A stretch of 64,000 nucleotides of DNA from Octopus sinensis (GCF_006345805.1 NC_042997.1:101122001-101186000); one strand, 5' to 3'; counted from the stretch's first letter, positions 50,415 to 64,000 are shown. The notes: a model not told the origin generated them from the letters alone. A program made the numbers and translations.

Positions 50415-51477
50415 CACGAGGTCTGATCAGTAAGTATCTAGACTGTAACCATAGTAACGAAGCTAAAGAACATAAAGTAAAGCCGCTTAGCACAGATTGA
50501 CCTTGGACTCTGCTGTGTATACGCACTAAGGTTTAACGTTCTAGATCACTTCCTCTATTTATAAGTGCTTAGAAGGAAGGTGTGTAGCATGTGATCATTG
50601 CATTGATCATGACAGAGCAAGTTGGCATGGCAATATCTGCTCAGAGGCCTCCGCAAGTTTGCAGAAAGTGTGTGGAGAAGATTGTATGAGCTATAAACAA
50701 GTGTACAAGTGGTTTAGACATTTCCAAGATGGCCAACAAAATGTCAATATCGACGAAAGTTCTGGGAGATCAGCCACCAGCAGAACTGAGAAAAACATCG
50801 CAGATGTACGTGCAGCTGTGAGATGAAATCGTTGAATCACCATCCGTGATATATCAGAGGTTGTATAGATTAGTTACGGTTCACTTGAGTCCGTTATTAC
50901 TGAAGATTTGTGTATGAGACGCGTGTCTGCTAAATTTGTGCCAAAGCTTCCAGCTGACCAAAAAGAAAACTTGGGTTTCAGTTGCACATGATCTTCTTGA
51001 TTGTGCCGAGAACAATGAAAACTTTTTGAAAACTTTGCGTAGGCCTCTGAGCAGGTATCACCAAGCTTTTGGCAAAATTTGACGCAGATTCTTTGCTCAA
51101 CTTTGTCATGGTCAATAAGACGGTGAGCTGGCAGAAACGTTAGCACGCCGGGCGAAATGCTTAGCGGTATTCAAAGTTCGAATTGCGCCGAGGTCGACTT
51201 TGCCTTTCATCCTTTCGGGATCGATAAATGAAGTACCAGTTGTGTACTGGGATCGATCTAATCGACTGATCCACTAGAGTAGAAAACAATGCAACGATCA
51301 CACTCTACACGCCTTCTTTCCAAGCACTGCTGTAAACAGCGAAAGTGAGCTAGAACGTTAAAACTTAGTGCGCATGCACAGCAGAGTTTAAGGTAAATCT
51401 GTGCCAAGCGGCTTTACTCCGCAAGCTATAGCTTCGTTACTATGACAACAGTACGGATACTTATTGATCAGGCCAGG
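50415..51477. mobile_element. Mariner derivative whose right arm is an inverted copy of the 5' end
   Basis: TIRs ..ctgatca(g/a)taagtatc; the transposase start appears on both strands (ORF 50874-51146 DKVEQRICVKFCQKLG). Confidence 0.85.
51117..51270 (+). mobile_element. SINE family 1 inside the mariner
   Basis: gacggtgagctggcagaaacgttagcacgccgggcg. Confidence 0.88.
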
Positions 51478-51539
51478 TATATAACACACAAACTAATTAA
51501 GGCTGATAGATGCAATTTAAAACCAAAAAGGAAATAATT

Positions 51540-51965
51540 TACCATCACTAAAAGGACTAAGTGTTCAGGGAGAACCATCATTGCTAGAAATAAGAGTCAA
51601 AGACTCTTTGGTTTCAGAAGCACATGTTCTATGTACTGACAAGGCAGACAACCTCCCCAACGCAAGCAAGGGCATTGAATTGACATCTCAGTTTCGCATG
51701 AAATGAAAGTTTACTCTATTGCGGCTGGTGAAGTTGAAATTTCACTTGTCAGGTTTTTAAAATTTACCATAGGAACCAATGACTGATTCAGCAACACGAT
51801 AATGCGAAAATTATAAAATAATTAATGTGGCTAGACGCAATTTAAAACTAAATGTAAATAAATCACCGTCACTAATATTAACCAGGGTGCAAGGAGCACC
51901 AGGATTGCTAGAAATAAGAATCCAAGACTCTTTAGCCACAAAAAGCACATGTTCTATGTACTGAC
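51540..51965 (-). repeat. 324-bp-spaced direct repeat, homologous to 56300-56560, with a decayed hammerhead between the copies
   Basis: ttgctagaaataaga at 51581 and 51905; reverse complement atgc GAAAC tgagat GTC at 51682-51699. Confidence 0.6.
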
Positions 51966-52011
51966 AGTATTTTTCACACACACACCACACACACACACAT
52001 ATATATATACA

Positions 52012-53001
<990 letters not shown>

Positions 53002-53209
53002 AGCAATAATAAATCTCTGAACGAGATGTAAACAGTAACTGCACGACAATGTGAGGTATACTAGCCATCTCAATATAGCTAACCACTAAGGGCAGGTGTT
53101 ACTATAGCTTGTAGCCCCAGGAGGACAGCGTCTCCAGCTGACTTTAGGCACACTTTCTGTGCCCTTATGGTATTTGCAAAGGGAGGTCATCCCTCCATCG
53201 TCAACCTAA

Positions 53210-53267
53210 GTGATACGCACGGACTGCAGTTCTAGGTATTGATCTGTCGTCGGCGTACGACAATCAC
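53210..53267 (-). ncRNA. Degenerate hammerhead (GAAC, one A lost)
   Basis: Reverse complement: CGTACG CCGACGA cAGAT caat ACCTa GAAC TGCA GTC CGTGCG. Confidence 0.6.
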
Positions 53268-53572
53268 CGGTTTTCGATGAAGGGAGTCCCAATGCAAATC
53301 CTTATAATGTTTTTCCAGTAACTTTTCGTCACTGATCTCCAAAAGCCAGCTGGAGACGATGTTCTCCTGGGGCTACAAGCTATAGTAACACCCACCCTTA
53401 GTGGTTAGCCATATTGAGGTGGCTAGTATACCTCACATTGTCGTGCAGTTACTGTTTACATCTCGTTCCGAGATTTATTATTACTTGCGTACAGTTTTTC
53501 GAGATCAGTGACGAAAAGTTACTGGAAAAACGTTATAAGGATTTGCATTGGGACTCCCTTCATCGAAAACCG

Positions 53573-53631
53573 GTGATTGTCGTACGCCGACGACAGGTCA
53601 ATACCTAGAAACTGCAGTCCGTGCGTATCAC
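53573..53631 (+). ncRNA. Type-I hammerhead (GUC), U4C core variant
   Basis: GTGAT..CGTACG CCGACGA cAGGT caat ACCTa GAAAC TGCA GTC CGTGCG.ATCAC. Confidence 0.75.
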
Positions 53632-53671
53632 TTAGGTTGATGAGGGAGGGATGACCTCCCTTTGCAAATGC

Positions 53672-53772
53672 CTTACCCTAAGTAAGGCATGTGTAAAATT
53701 TGTGTAGTTCTCAAGTTTTAGGGAAACACACAGACAGACAGACACACATTCTCAGTTTTATATATATAAAGA
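53672..53772 (-). mobile_element. 5' end of the non-autonomous Helitron also found at 57422
   Basis: Reverse complement tctttatatatataaaactgag...ttgagaactacaca. Confidence 0.8.
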
Positions 53773-53861
53773 TATATATATATTAATACATATAAAGGCT
53801 TACTATAATTATTTAGGCTTAAACGGGGACGACTGACAAATTATAGATATCATAGCTATAG

Positions 53862-56028
53862 GGGTGCTATGTCTTTTGGTCCGACGTCACTTCGTCAAAC
53901 GTCTTTTCGTCCATGTCTTTTGGTCCGACGTCTTTTTGAGCGAGGATTTTTTTTTCCAACGGCTTCTTGTCCAATTTTAAATAAACTCTTTAGAAAACAA
54001 AGTGAAGTATCTCTAATGATATATTCACAAAGCTATAACGAGCCTCGCTATAGGACTGTTATTATCGTTCTTTTTAACAGTTTTACTTTCTCTTTTTCCT
54101 CCTCTCTCTTAAGTATGGTGCTGTGTATAGAGAGTGCTGCAAATTTAGTGAACACATTTTTAATTTGCCCATCCCGAAACGACAAAGTTCATAGTATCGA
54201 TTAAAAGCAAAAGAAATGTAGTTGATGAAAGTTATTGCATTTACGATTTTCATTCAAGCAATACAAACCCAGGAGAAGAATACTGAAGATGTGAGAAAAG
54301 AAGGCTGTGTGCAGTGCAAATTCACACGGCAACGGAAAACAATGAGCCGAAAATTATTTATTTTTCTAGTGAGTACCTTCATCCAGTTGATGTAGATTCG
54401 TTAAATGCAAGAAAAGTAGTTGCAGAAGTAAAGCATGAAGCGATAGAAAACATAGTAACAAGTTCGCGTAGCATAATAGCAGCTAAGTTTACGCAGCTAA
54501 TAAAAAATACCTGCCCTCAACTTCCTCGTTTGCCTGTACTTTCAAGGACTATTCAAAGGTGCCGAAAACAATTATTGATTTCCCGCTAATTCGGGAGCCA
54601 GAATTTGTTTTGAAATTACTGAAGAAAATTGTATAACTTGATAACGGCGAACAGTTTCTGAGATACGATTCGGGTAAGGAGTATCATCAGCGCATATTAG
54701 TATTTGCATCAGAAAGTGCTCTTTAGGATATAGCACCCTATCGTCATTGTGCATGTGATGAAACGTTCAAAATTGTGCCAGAACAGTAGTTTCAACTGTT
54801 TAGCATCCATGTACAAGTTAATGGTAGCAGTTTTCCACGGGTCTTTGCATTATTTCTGAATAAAACAAAGCAGACATACAAATTATTTTTCGTGCAACTG
54901 AAAATTATGCAACCTATGGCATATCCGCTCGATCTCGTGGCAGGGCGAGCTGGCAGACACGTTAGCACGCCGGGCAAAATGCTTAGCGATATTTCGTCAG
55001 CCGTTACGTTCTGAGTTCAAATTCCGCCGAGGTCGACTTTGCCTTTCATCCTTTCGGGGTCGATAAATTAAGTACCAGTTACGCACTGGGGTCGATCTAA
55101 TCGACCTAATCCCTTTGTCTCTCCTTGTATGTCCCCTCTATGTTTAGCCCATTGTGGGCAATAAAGGAATAAGATTTCCAAGTTGCAGTTCATAGGACAT
55201 TTAATTTATCATTCCCTAATTCATCTGTTGGAAATGTTTGTTTCATTTGAGTCCATTTGTTTTTCGAAAAATTACAGATTTAGGCATTAAAGAAACAAAC
55301 AATAAAGACTCTGAATTCTGTCTTAAAATTCGATGTTTTTCAGAATTAGCCTTCCTACACGTTGAAAATGTCGTAGACGCCTATGAAGAATTAATAGACG
55401 ATGAAGAAATACCTGCTGAATTCATCGCTTACTTCGACTGGTCTTATAAAGTCGTTGTGAGAGGACGTGTTGCTAGACGAAGGAGAGAACCACTTACATT
55501 CCCGATATCTGTATGGAATCAGCGTATTCTTCAAGCTGTTCTTAGAACAAATAATATTGCAGAGGGGTTTTCATTCTGCGATAAAGCGTTCGGCGGGTGG
55601 AGCGCATTTGAATATTTGGAAATTAATCAAAACTTTGAAGGAAGAAGAAAGTGAAATGACTCAAATTCTTCGAGAAGATTCGTCAAATTCATGTACACGA
55701 TATCGAAGAATGCCTCAAAAGATTGGTCATTGAATATGGGTCAGCAAGAAAAATTGAGTGTAGCATATAATATGCATCAATTTTAAGTGATCATATCATT
55801 AGTTACATCTTATTACTTTTTAAAAATGTCTTCTTTTTAAATACATTTTTCCACAGTATTTTACTTGAATAATATGAATAAAATCCCCAGTGATTATTTG
55901 ATTTGATGTTCACCTTGTTTTCTAAAGAGTTTTTTTTTAATTGGACAAGAAGTCGTTGGACAAAAAAAGACGTCGAACCAAAAGACGTGGACGAAGTGAC
56001 GTTGGACAAAGTGACAAAGTGGGGTCAC
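53862..56028 (+). mobile_element. Mutator-like element (MULE transposase pseudogene) with subterminal inverted repeats and a 9-bp TSD
   Basis: FLYWCH-like C..C..H.HP, CDETFKIVP..FQLFSIH, FHL and RTNNIAEG; TSD tagctatag/aagctatag. Confidence 0.85.
54945..55175 (+). mobile_element. SINE family 1 inside the MULE
   Basis: ggcgagctggcagacacgttagcacgccggg...ataaaggaataag. Confidence 0.9.
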
Positions 56029-56389
56029 AAGCTATAGTTTCGTTGTATGAAGAACTTATATAACTTAATTTTACTTATGTGCTATGTGCATCCTTTCTTC
56101 TTCTATAATATGATTCAGGAACTTCAAAATTTACAGCAAACTAATGTACCTATTCATTATCTATAAGAAATAAAGTAAGAAGTCCATAAACCATCAGTAA
56201 ATACTTAACATGTTCTGAATCCCGGGAATAAGTCATTTTTAATCCCACCTTTTGGTTGTACAATTACAAATAAGCCACCAATATTGTTTATAATTTTCAC
56301 TTTATCGTTTATGAAATCAGCGTGTGATTTCAACGGATTTCTTATAAACTGACAAGGTGAACTGAGTTAAATCCTAGGCACGGTGAGAA

Positions 56390-56430
56390 ACACTGAGGAG
56401 CATTAAAATGCGTAATCGTCGATGATCTGG
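56390..56430 (+). ncRNA. Degenerate type-I hammerhead (GAAA to GTAA; AUC)
   Basis: aca CTGAGGA GCAT taaa ATGC GTAA TCGT cg ATGAT C tgg. Confidence 0.5.
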
Positions 56431-56610
56431 CTATGTTCGCTGCTAGAGGGCGCTTGCTTCTCTTGTCAGTCATTAAGATAGTACTTTCCGTGGTTATTGT
56501 TTTGACTCTTATTTCTAGCAATACTGGTACTAATTAGTGCCCTTTGTCACTTTAGTGACGTCTATATATATATATGTGTGTGTATGTGTGTATACACATA
56601 TATATGTATG

Positions 56611-56658
<48 letters not shown>

Positions 56659-56749
56659 ATATATATGTAGGTATATATGTATGTAGGTATATATATATAT
56701 ATGTAGGTATATATGTATGTATATATATATATATATATCTATATATGCA

Positions 56750-56799
<50 letters not shown>

Positions 56800-57098
56800 C
56801 ATGTGTATGTAAGTATATTTATATATATACATATATATTTATCCTTATATGTCATGAAAGAATCATCTAAAATTCTGTTAAGTTGAAGAAGAGCGCAAAC
56901 AGGATCCTCGCCAGTTAAAAATGATTTTTCCCAGACGAAAAGCTCTAAACAACTCGTAACTTTTTCCCCTCCCTCCCGGTTACTTATGTCATCTACGTCA
57001 AACTTACCTTGTGAATATATTCACCAATATGCTTTCAGTAAAGTCATTACACAAAAAAACATCTGTGGCGAGGAAACGTATTTATGTGCTTTTATTTT

Positions 57099-57176
<78 letters not shown>

Positions 57177-57421
57177 CATAGAATACAACTATTCCCCCCT
57201 TGTGTTAAAAAAATAATTTTTGTTGAGACTGTTCGATATTTTTTCAATCTACAGAGAAAGTTGCTATACTTTTATGTCTACGACGTATGTTTACGTGTAT
57301 ACATACAGAAATTTAACGCATGTTTAACCCTTTCTCAGTATTTTTCATATATATATATATAAATATAAGTATCTTGTTTCACATTTATGTGTTTACTCCG
57401 GTATATATATATATATATACA

Positions 57422-58302
57422 TCTTTATATATATAAAACTGAGTACGTGTGTCTGTCTGTCTGTCTGTTTCCCTAAAACTTGAGAACTACACAACCAATT
57501 TCATTCAAATTTTACGCATGCCTTACTTAGGGTCCATGTAGTTTCATGGGCAAAAAAATGTTCAACTTCTTGCCTAGAGCGAGCCCATAGCAATATCATA
57601 TCTTCTCCACTATTTCAGTATTACGTGTTAAAAGTGAAACAAAAACGTTTCTCTATTTTATGTCAGATACTTTCACTTTAACAATAAAAATAATAATAAT
57701 AATTGAATTATATGTAGTAAGTAATAATTAAAATCAAACTAAAGTATAATATAATCGTAACATAAAAAAAGTAAAAATAGCAATTGGTATAAATTGCATC
57801 AATGATTTGAACTTGAATAAGTGGTTTCACATGAATGGGAATAAATTAAAAATAAAATTAGCGTGCAGAAATGGAATAGTCCAGATGGATAATAAAAAAT
57901 TAAATTAAAGAAAAGACTATTGTCTATAAAGTATACAATGTAGAGAAAAAAGAAGATTTGAACACATGGAGGAAAGCACCTTCGAAAAGTGTCTTGGTGC
58001 GACTATGAAAGGTATCTAATCAGAGGCGGTAAATTCGCCACAATAGAAGTAAGGTTCGAATCAACGGAGCGTGCAAGGGAGTACTCGACTCGAACTTGCA
58101 AAGTGGAAATATTTTATTTTTACCTTTATATCTGGGACGTAAGACGTCCTGCACTAGCGATATCAAGATATAACTTTGTGTTTTGTATTTTATGTGTAGA
58201 TGTATATATATATAGATATACATGTAATATGTACACATATATATATACACATATATACATGCACTAGCACTATGACCCGGCAACGACGGGTCTTTAATGC
58301 TA

Positions 58303-58303
<1 letters not shown>
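57422..58303 (+). mobile_element. Non-autonomous Helitron (TC...hairpin-CTAG, inserted at A|T) containing a LINE ORF1-like fragment
   Basis: a|TCtttatatatataaaa; GACCCG gcaacga CGGGTC tttaatg CTAG|t. Confidence 0.88.
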
Positions 58304-58339
<36 letters not shown>

Positions 58340-58344
<5 letters not shown>

Positions 58345-59160
58345 CAAAATATCAGGGAATAAATCCAAACTTACAGGGAAAAATCAGATTTAGGATTAAA
58401 TCCAATTCTATAGTAAAATATTATATTATATTAAATTAGAGATAACACCACTATTAGGCAAATCAAACAATGAAAAACTTAAGCCAATACATAAAATTAA
58501 TTAATTTATATTATTTTAAATATATATCAAAAGTATTAAAAGTTTAATAAAAGATAATGAGTAAAACACTACGATCGTTTCATGGCTGTCCAATTCGTAA
58601 TAATTCGAGTTATGGTTACAGTCAATCTTCAGGTAATTGAAATATCTAAAATATAATCAGAAATATTTAAACAATATTTTTAAGATATAAATAATATAAT
58701 AATTTTACTTATAATAAACTCTATTATCAAACTAGAAACATAGAACTTAACAATTATGATTATATCAAAATCGACTATAATGTTAAATATTAATTTTAAT
58801 TTATAAGGTAGGAAACCCACCCATAATCTAATATCGATATCAGTCTTTATCTAATTACATAAATATTTAAAATGACTAATATATATAAATTATCAATGAA
58901 AATATATAAATGTATATAAATATTATAATTAAGATCTAAAATAATCTCTATAACATATAAATAAATGTATATGCACATATAATGAAAACCTAATAAATTT
59001 ATTTTTTCATATTTAAAGATGAAATAGTTAATTTCAAAATACAAATAAACAAACTTAAACGAACTTTCGGAAATCTTATGTAAAATACTTTTAGAAATAA
59101 TCAATTCGTAGTAATATAGTATCGAATAAATACTATAAATACTATAAATATAATTATATA
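58340..59160 (-). mobile_element. AT-rich PLE-derived repeat next to (TA)n
   Basis: Carries the hammerhead at 58566-58636; boundaries are approximate. Confidence 0.45.
58566..58636 (-). ncRNA. Type-I minimal hammerhead (GUA)
   Basis: Reverse complement: tac CTGAAGA tTGACTGT...ACAGCCAt GAAAC GATC GTA gtg. Confidence 0.65.
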
Positions 59161-59868
59161 TATATATTATTTTACTTGTTTCAGTCATTTGGCTGTGGCC
59201 ATAGGCATATATATATATATACGCAGGTGTATTTGTAAATGTATATGTATATATGTATATGAGTGTATGTGTATATTTATAAGTAAATACACATACATAT
59301 GTAGACATATTTACATACCTATACATGTACACATACATAGTTAATACCAAATAATACTATAAATGATATATAAAGCATTAAAGATGATCTTGCAACATCA
59401 CAGGTATATACCTGTCTTCTCGCACGCTTTTGTATGTGTGTCATAATCAAATGTTAGTTTTATTCATAGTCCTGCATGTATTTACAGGAAATATATAACT
59501 CAATATGAATACGCATCTCATTCCTCTTTCATCAGATAAGGCTGGAAGCTAAAGTTGATCTAAATGCGGTATTTGCGAAAACAACTTGTAGGAATGTGTT
59601 TCAAGGGAATCCCTCAAACATTTGCTGAGTTTTGTTGGCTGTTTCCTTTTCAACATAAAGCTGTGAAACAATAAAACCTGTCATCCTATTGAAATTGCCG
59701 CTGATGCCCTTGTTTCTAACATTCTATTTTGCCATTGGCCACGTCTTAGCAAATAATGCTTTAATGTTTTAATTCTTGACGGTGTTTTGGCAAATGAAGT
59801 TTTAATTGCAAAATCTTGTCTTCGTCCTTGGGGATTCTATGTGCACGACGATCTCCCATCTATCTGTG

Positions 59869-59902
<34 letters not shown>

Positions 59903-61789
59903 ATTATTTTTTTTTAATAAATCCTCATACAAAAGGGGAAGTCTCTTGCATATATTGATTACATGGGCTCCGGATATCAGCGTTATGGGAAGGAGGGGTG
60001 AGAGGGTTTATTGTTTCATATCTTGCTCATGGTTAAGAAAATAGTTACAAACGGAAATAGAAATAAGTTTACAGCAAATTTGCATCTCCTGCAATATATT
60101 TTGATATTCCATTCATTTACTCTTCTAAAACCTTGAAATATACTTGAATCGTAGATTTTGAAAGCCGTTGATATGGTCCAGAGGAAAGAAAGAGTAGATA
60201 CAGTAATAAGTACAGGTTAACATTCCTATGGCTACTTTTCCTGTGACCTAAATTCCGTTATTTTGTATCAATGTGCACTATATTGAATAAAAGTAACATT
60301 GACCCTGTGTATTATAGATTTTTGATGCATTTTGAAGACTCGCAACCTATCTGAATTCTACCTTAAAACTATTGAGTTGCATAGCTACGGAAAATTAAAA
60401 TCCTATATGTAAGGAGAGGTATCCCTAAATCAATAACCTTTGATAGGTTTATGTTTTTGCCTAAACAGATAACACCTGATACAAACAAACCAAATGTACT
60501 TTTAAAAGCTCCATATTAGTAACTGTAGTAAAATAAAGCTGGAAAAAATGTAAAGATAGAAATGGAAAAATATAAAAGTGAATTGCCACTCGACTGAGAA
60601 AAACGCAGCTTTAACTTCAGTTGTTGGGAAACTCATGTTTCTTTAGATCGTAGTGTATCTGGAAATAATAGACAGACGTAAATATTAACTGACCAAAGGA
60701 CTTAACATTAGGTAGTCATAACACTTTGAAGAGGCGTTAAGAGTTAAATTATTGATATATGATCAATAACAAGGATTTTAATTAAATCGTTTGTATTATG
60801 CTTGAACATGTTATTTAAACATTATGTCTTCATCTGATGGATTTCGGCAGCCATACTTTATCTATTCCTTCAATTGTGTATCAATTACTACGCACAATGA
60901 AAATTTTCACTCGTTTAATGGTTCTATAATTATTAATAACTTCACATACCGTGACCTTGTTAACCAAGATAAACATAATTGTGTTTGCTATTTGAGGCTA
61001 TATTTGAGCCAAAGAAAGAAAACATTTATTTATTTAATGGAAAGTTATGCGCATAAAGTTATCGTATAAAGAAGATTGTTTAAATGCAATCTAATATGAT
61101 TTTCGAGCCACAACGTTTTTGATAAGGATACCCTATTCTTTTCATTCCTGAAATAAATGTGAACACATTTGATGCAGTTTATAATACTTCTCATCAAGGA
61201 TTAGCAGCAGTTGTACGTGAGAAATTATTTTAACGTTAATTTGATGTAAAACGCATTGTATATATATATATAAAGTATACTTGAAATATAGTGTAAATTT
61301 CTTGTTATAAATAAAGTTTGCAGATGATACCAGTGGCCATAGTGGGTAAACATGCTCATAGCAGGTCAACTCCGACACAGGATTCTGTTTTCTGATTGAA
61401 ACAATTTCTTATCATGTACGCAAAAATTGAAAGGAAATTACTTCATCTTTGTTACATTATCATTTTCTTTCATTGTTCCTTTTTTTTTTGCATGAATACA
61501 TTTTACATTTAAAGAGATATGTCAATTATCGAGACAAAATGTGATGAATGGATTTACTCATTCATTTAACGTCGTGTGATTTAGAGCGTTTATAAATATC
61601 TTGGTTAGCCAGCCAGAAAAATTCCAAATTTCATTTAGTTAACACCACTGCAGATGTTACATATTAAATAATTGCTAAGAAAAATAGAATTTTCGAGCGG
61701 TCGATGTATAACATGACACAATTTCAGAAAATGTACAATCTAATTTCAATATCACTTTATATCTTTGTTTCGAAAAATTAACATTATTT

Positions 61790-62440
61790 AAGGCGGTGAG
61801 CTAGCAGAATTGTTAGCACGCCGGGCAAAATGCTTAGCGGCATTTCATCAGTCTTTACATTCTGATGTTCGAATTCCGCCGAGGTCGACTTTGCCTTTCA
61901 TCATTTCGGGGTCGATAAAATAAGTACCAGTTGGACACTGGAGTCAATGTTATCAATTTACCCACTTTCCGAAATTGTTGACCATGTGTCATAATTTGAA
62001 ACCATTTAAGTCCGCGATCAGACAGAATCGTTAGCACTTTGAGCAAAGCGTTGAGTGAGATTTCGTCCATGTTTACGTTCTATGTTCAAATTCCTCTAGA
62101 GTCGACTGTCTTTCATATATCCGGGGACGATAAAATAAGTACTAGATGAGCATTGAGGTCAATGAAATCGACTATTACCTCCCTAAAATGTCAAGCTTAG
62201 TGCCTATAGCAGAAGCAATTATGATTATTATTAAGATAGCGAGCTGACAGAACCGTTAGCAGGCCGGGCTAAACACTTATTTCTTTCGTCTTTACGCTGT
62301 GAGCTCGAATTCTGTAGAAGTCGACTTTGCATTTCATCCTTTCGGGGTCGATAAAATAAGTACCAGTTGAGCATTAGGGCCAATGTAATTGACTTACCTC
62401 CTCCCTCGAAATTGCTTGCCCTGTGCCAAAATTTGAAACC
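61790..62440 (+). mobile_element. Three consecutive SINE family 1 copies
   Basis: Heads at about 61792, 62020 and 62235. Confidence 0.85.
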
Positions 62441-62639
62441 ATTTTTATTAATGTTGTTGTCTGCAAGACAAAGCTGTCAACTAGGAGCTCGCAGATTATT
62501 ACTAAATTTTGTTGTTTTATACCAGGTGCTAAGCTGTAGGCTATTGTGCCGTATCGTGCTGCATTCATCTCCACCCACTAGCGGCAGACGTTTGGCCTCA
62601 GATTGGTTGTTATATCATCTTGTTGTAAAGTCAAGTAGC

Positions 62640-64000
62640 ATTGTTTGAAGTGAGATAGCTTTCTGAAAGTTTTGCCTCCGAAGGGACGAACTTTGAAGTT
62701 TTTAAAAGTAAAATTACATATTTTTCTAAAGAAAAAAAAAAAAGAAATGCAATATGGCATCGCAAATCCAGGGAGCAGCTGTTCCAACAGTCAATATGTT
62801 ACCAATTTTCGACCACTACTTGTTAAGAGAGAATGCATGAATAACAATAACAATGTCGACAACAACGCCGACGAAAACCACATTTGAAAAGAAAAAGAAA
62901 AACTGTAAATGAAATACTACTCCAGCCACCGATGTCACCATCTGTGTCAATTGAAACCAACAACTACAACAATACGCATGAAAAAAAAAAGAAAGAAAAG
63001 CTAAATTGTCAATTCAACACACCTGAAAATTCCACCTCTTCCATCTCCACTACTATAAATAGCAACACAAATGAAAATGAAGATACCGCGATTAAAATCT
63101 TCAAAGTTACTGGGTTCGCAAACGACTGGAGAAAGTAATTAAATAAATGTCTCAAGTATTAAAACATTCATACCTGAAGAGGTCTGGATGAAACGTAGAA
63201 GGTGCCCGTATGACACTGGATCTCCCAGTGTAATGGCCTGCAGATGGCTTTTAAGGGGTTTTCTAAGGGAGCCCAACAAAACAGAGTATGAGAACCGCTC
63301 GACCACAAACAATACCAGGAGGGTGAGTGACACTCCCTTTTTCCTTTCCTTACTTCCTGGCCAGCATGGTGGCTCTTAAAGTGGGTTGTATAAATGTATA
63401 CGGCCTGGAGTCATCGGGGAAGCAAGGACGATTGCGCAACGACCTCAAGTTGATAATTCTGGATGTAATAGCCTTAAGTGAGACCAATTCGCGGATATAC
63501 GGGCCTTGGCTCCCATTTTCGATGATTGAGATTTTCGCATCTCTTAGTCGACCGGGAGTGGGGATAGGGTGACAGTGTTGTTCAGAAAAGGCTTGGATCT
63601 CGAGATACAGTCGGTCTTCCTGGAACCGGAAGGTAAGTCGATGGTCCTGGACGTGAATGGTAACAAAGACAGTGCATTTAGACTGGTCGCAGTGTACTCA
63701 CCGACTGGAGCAGGACAGCCGGTGTTCTTCAGATGCCTAGAGGCCTTTCTAGGGATGTATCGCTTCTTAGTGGAACACCATTTTTAGATGCACGTATAGA
63801 TTAGGTGGGACAGGCGGATAGGAAAGGAGGAGTGCGTAAGCCTCGCAAACCTTCTCAGTCGTTTCCAGCTGGCGGACAGGTTCAGACTGGATTTCCCGAA
63901 TACTCCAGTGTGGACATGGGTTAACAGTGTCGGGTCATCCACATCTTATCTAGATAGGATATTTTGTAGGCCAGTAGATAGGAACTGCATAAATTGCATT
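62640..64000 (+). mobile_element. Tx1/L1-type LINE: ORF1 remnant plus ORF2 endonuclease start (runs off the window)
   Basis: LKVGCINVYGL, DVIALSET, FRLVAVYSP and TWVNSVGSSTSYLDRIFCR, with frameshifts. Confidence 0.88.

Larger units (their letters stand above)
53003..53670. mobile_element. Family H element with A-B-A'-B' (permuted inverted) structure
   Basis: A 53010-53135 pairs with A' 53345-53470; B 53170-53340 pairs with B' 53490-53668. Confidence 0.9.

Noticed and set aside
60050-60200. GST/S-crystallin-like peptide (KVLEE*...SKYIAGD) on the minus strand
   Set aside because: In-frame stops and only a short motif.
63172-63205. CTGAAGA...GAAACGTA
   Set aside because: No credible stem II or stem I, and it lies in the Tx1 ORF1 region, so it is likely chance.

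Overview
AT-rich, microsatellite-saturated eukaryotic DNA, most likely from an octopus (inferred from the tRNA-derived SINE families and repeat landscape). No host gene can be identified with confidence. Most of the window is decayed transposons: hAT, several mariners, Tc1, a Tigger/pogo derivative, a MULE, two Merlin-like MITEs, Helitrons, RTE, CR1, Tx1/L1, R4/Dong and Penelope-like (PLE) fragments, plus about 25 SINE copies. The unexpected signal is roughly 20 hammerhead-ribozyme (HHR) motifs in several non-coding repeat families. These occur as 300-800 nt direct repeats or as fold-backs, usually next to (TA)n. Several are structurally intact type-I minimal HHRs with covarying helices and palindromic stem III, and one family carries the compensatory U3-A8 core pair. 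Two families (11.0/11.8 kb and 24.1/47.2 kb) contain the HHR core motifs and helices I and III in a non-circularly permuted (jumbled) order; their helix II is unresolved. All ribozyme calls are read by eye and untested.
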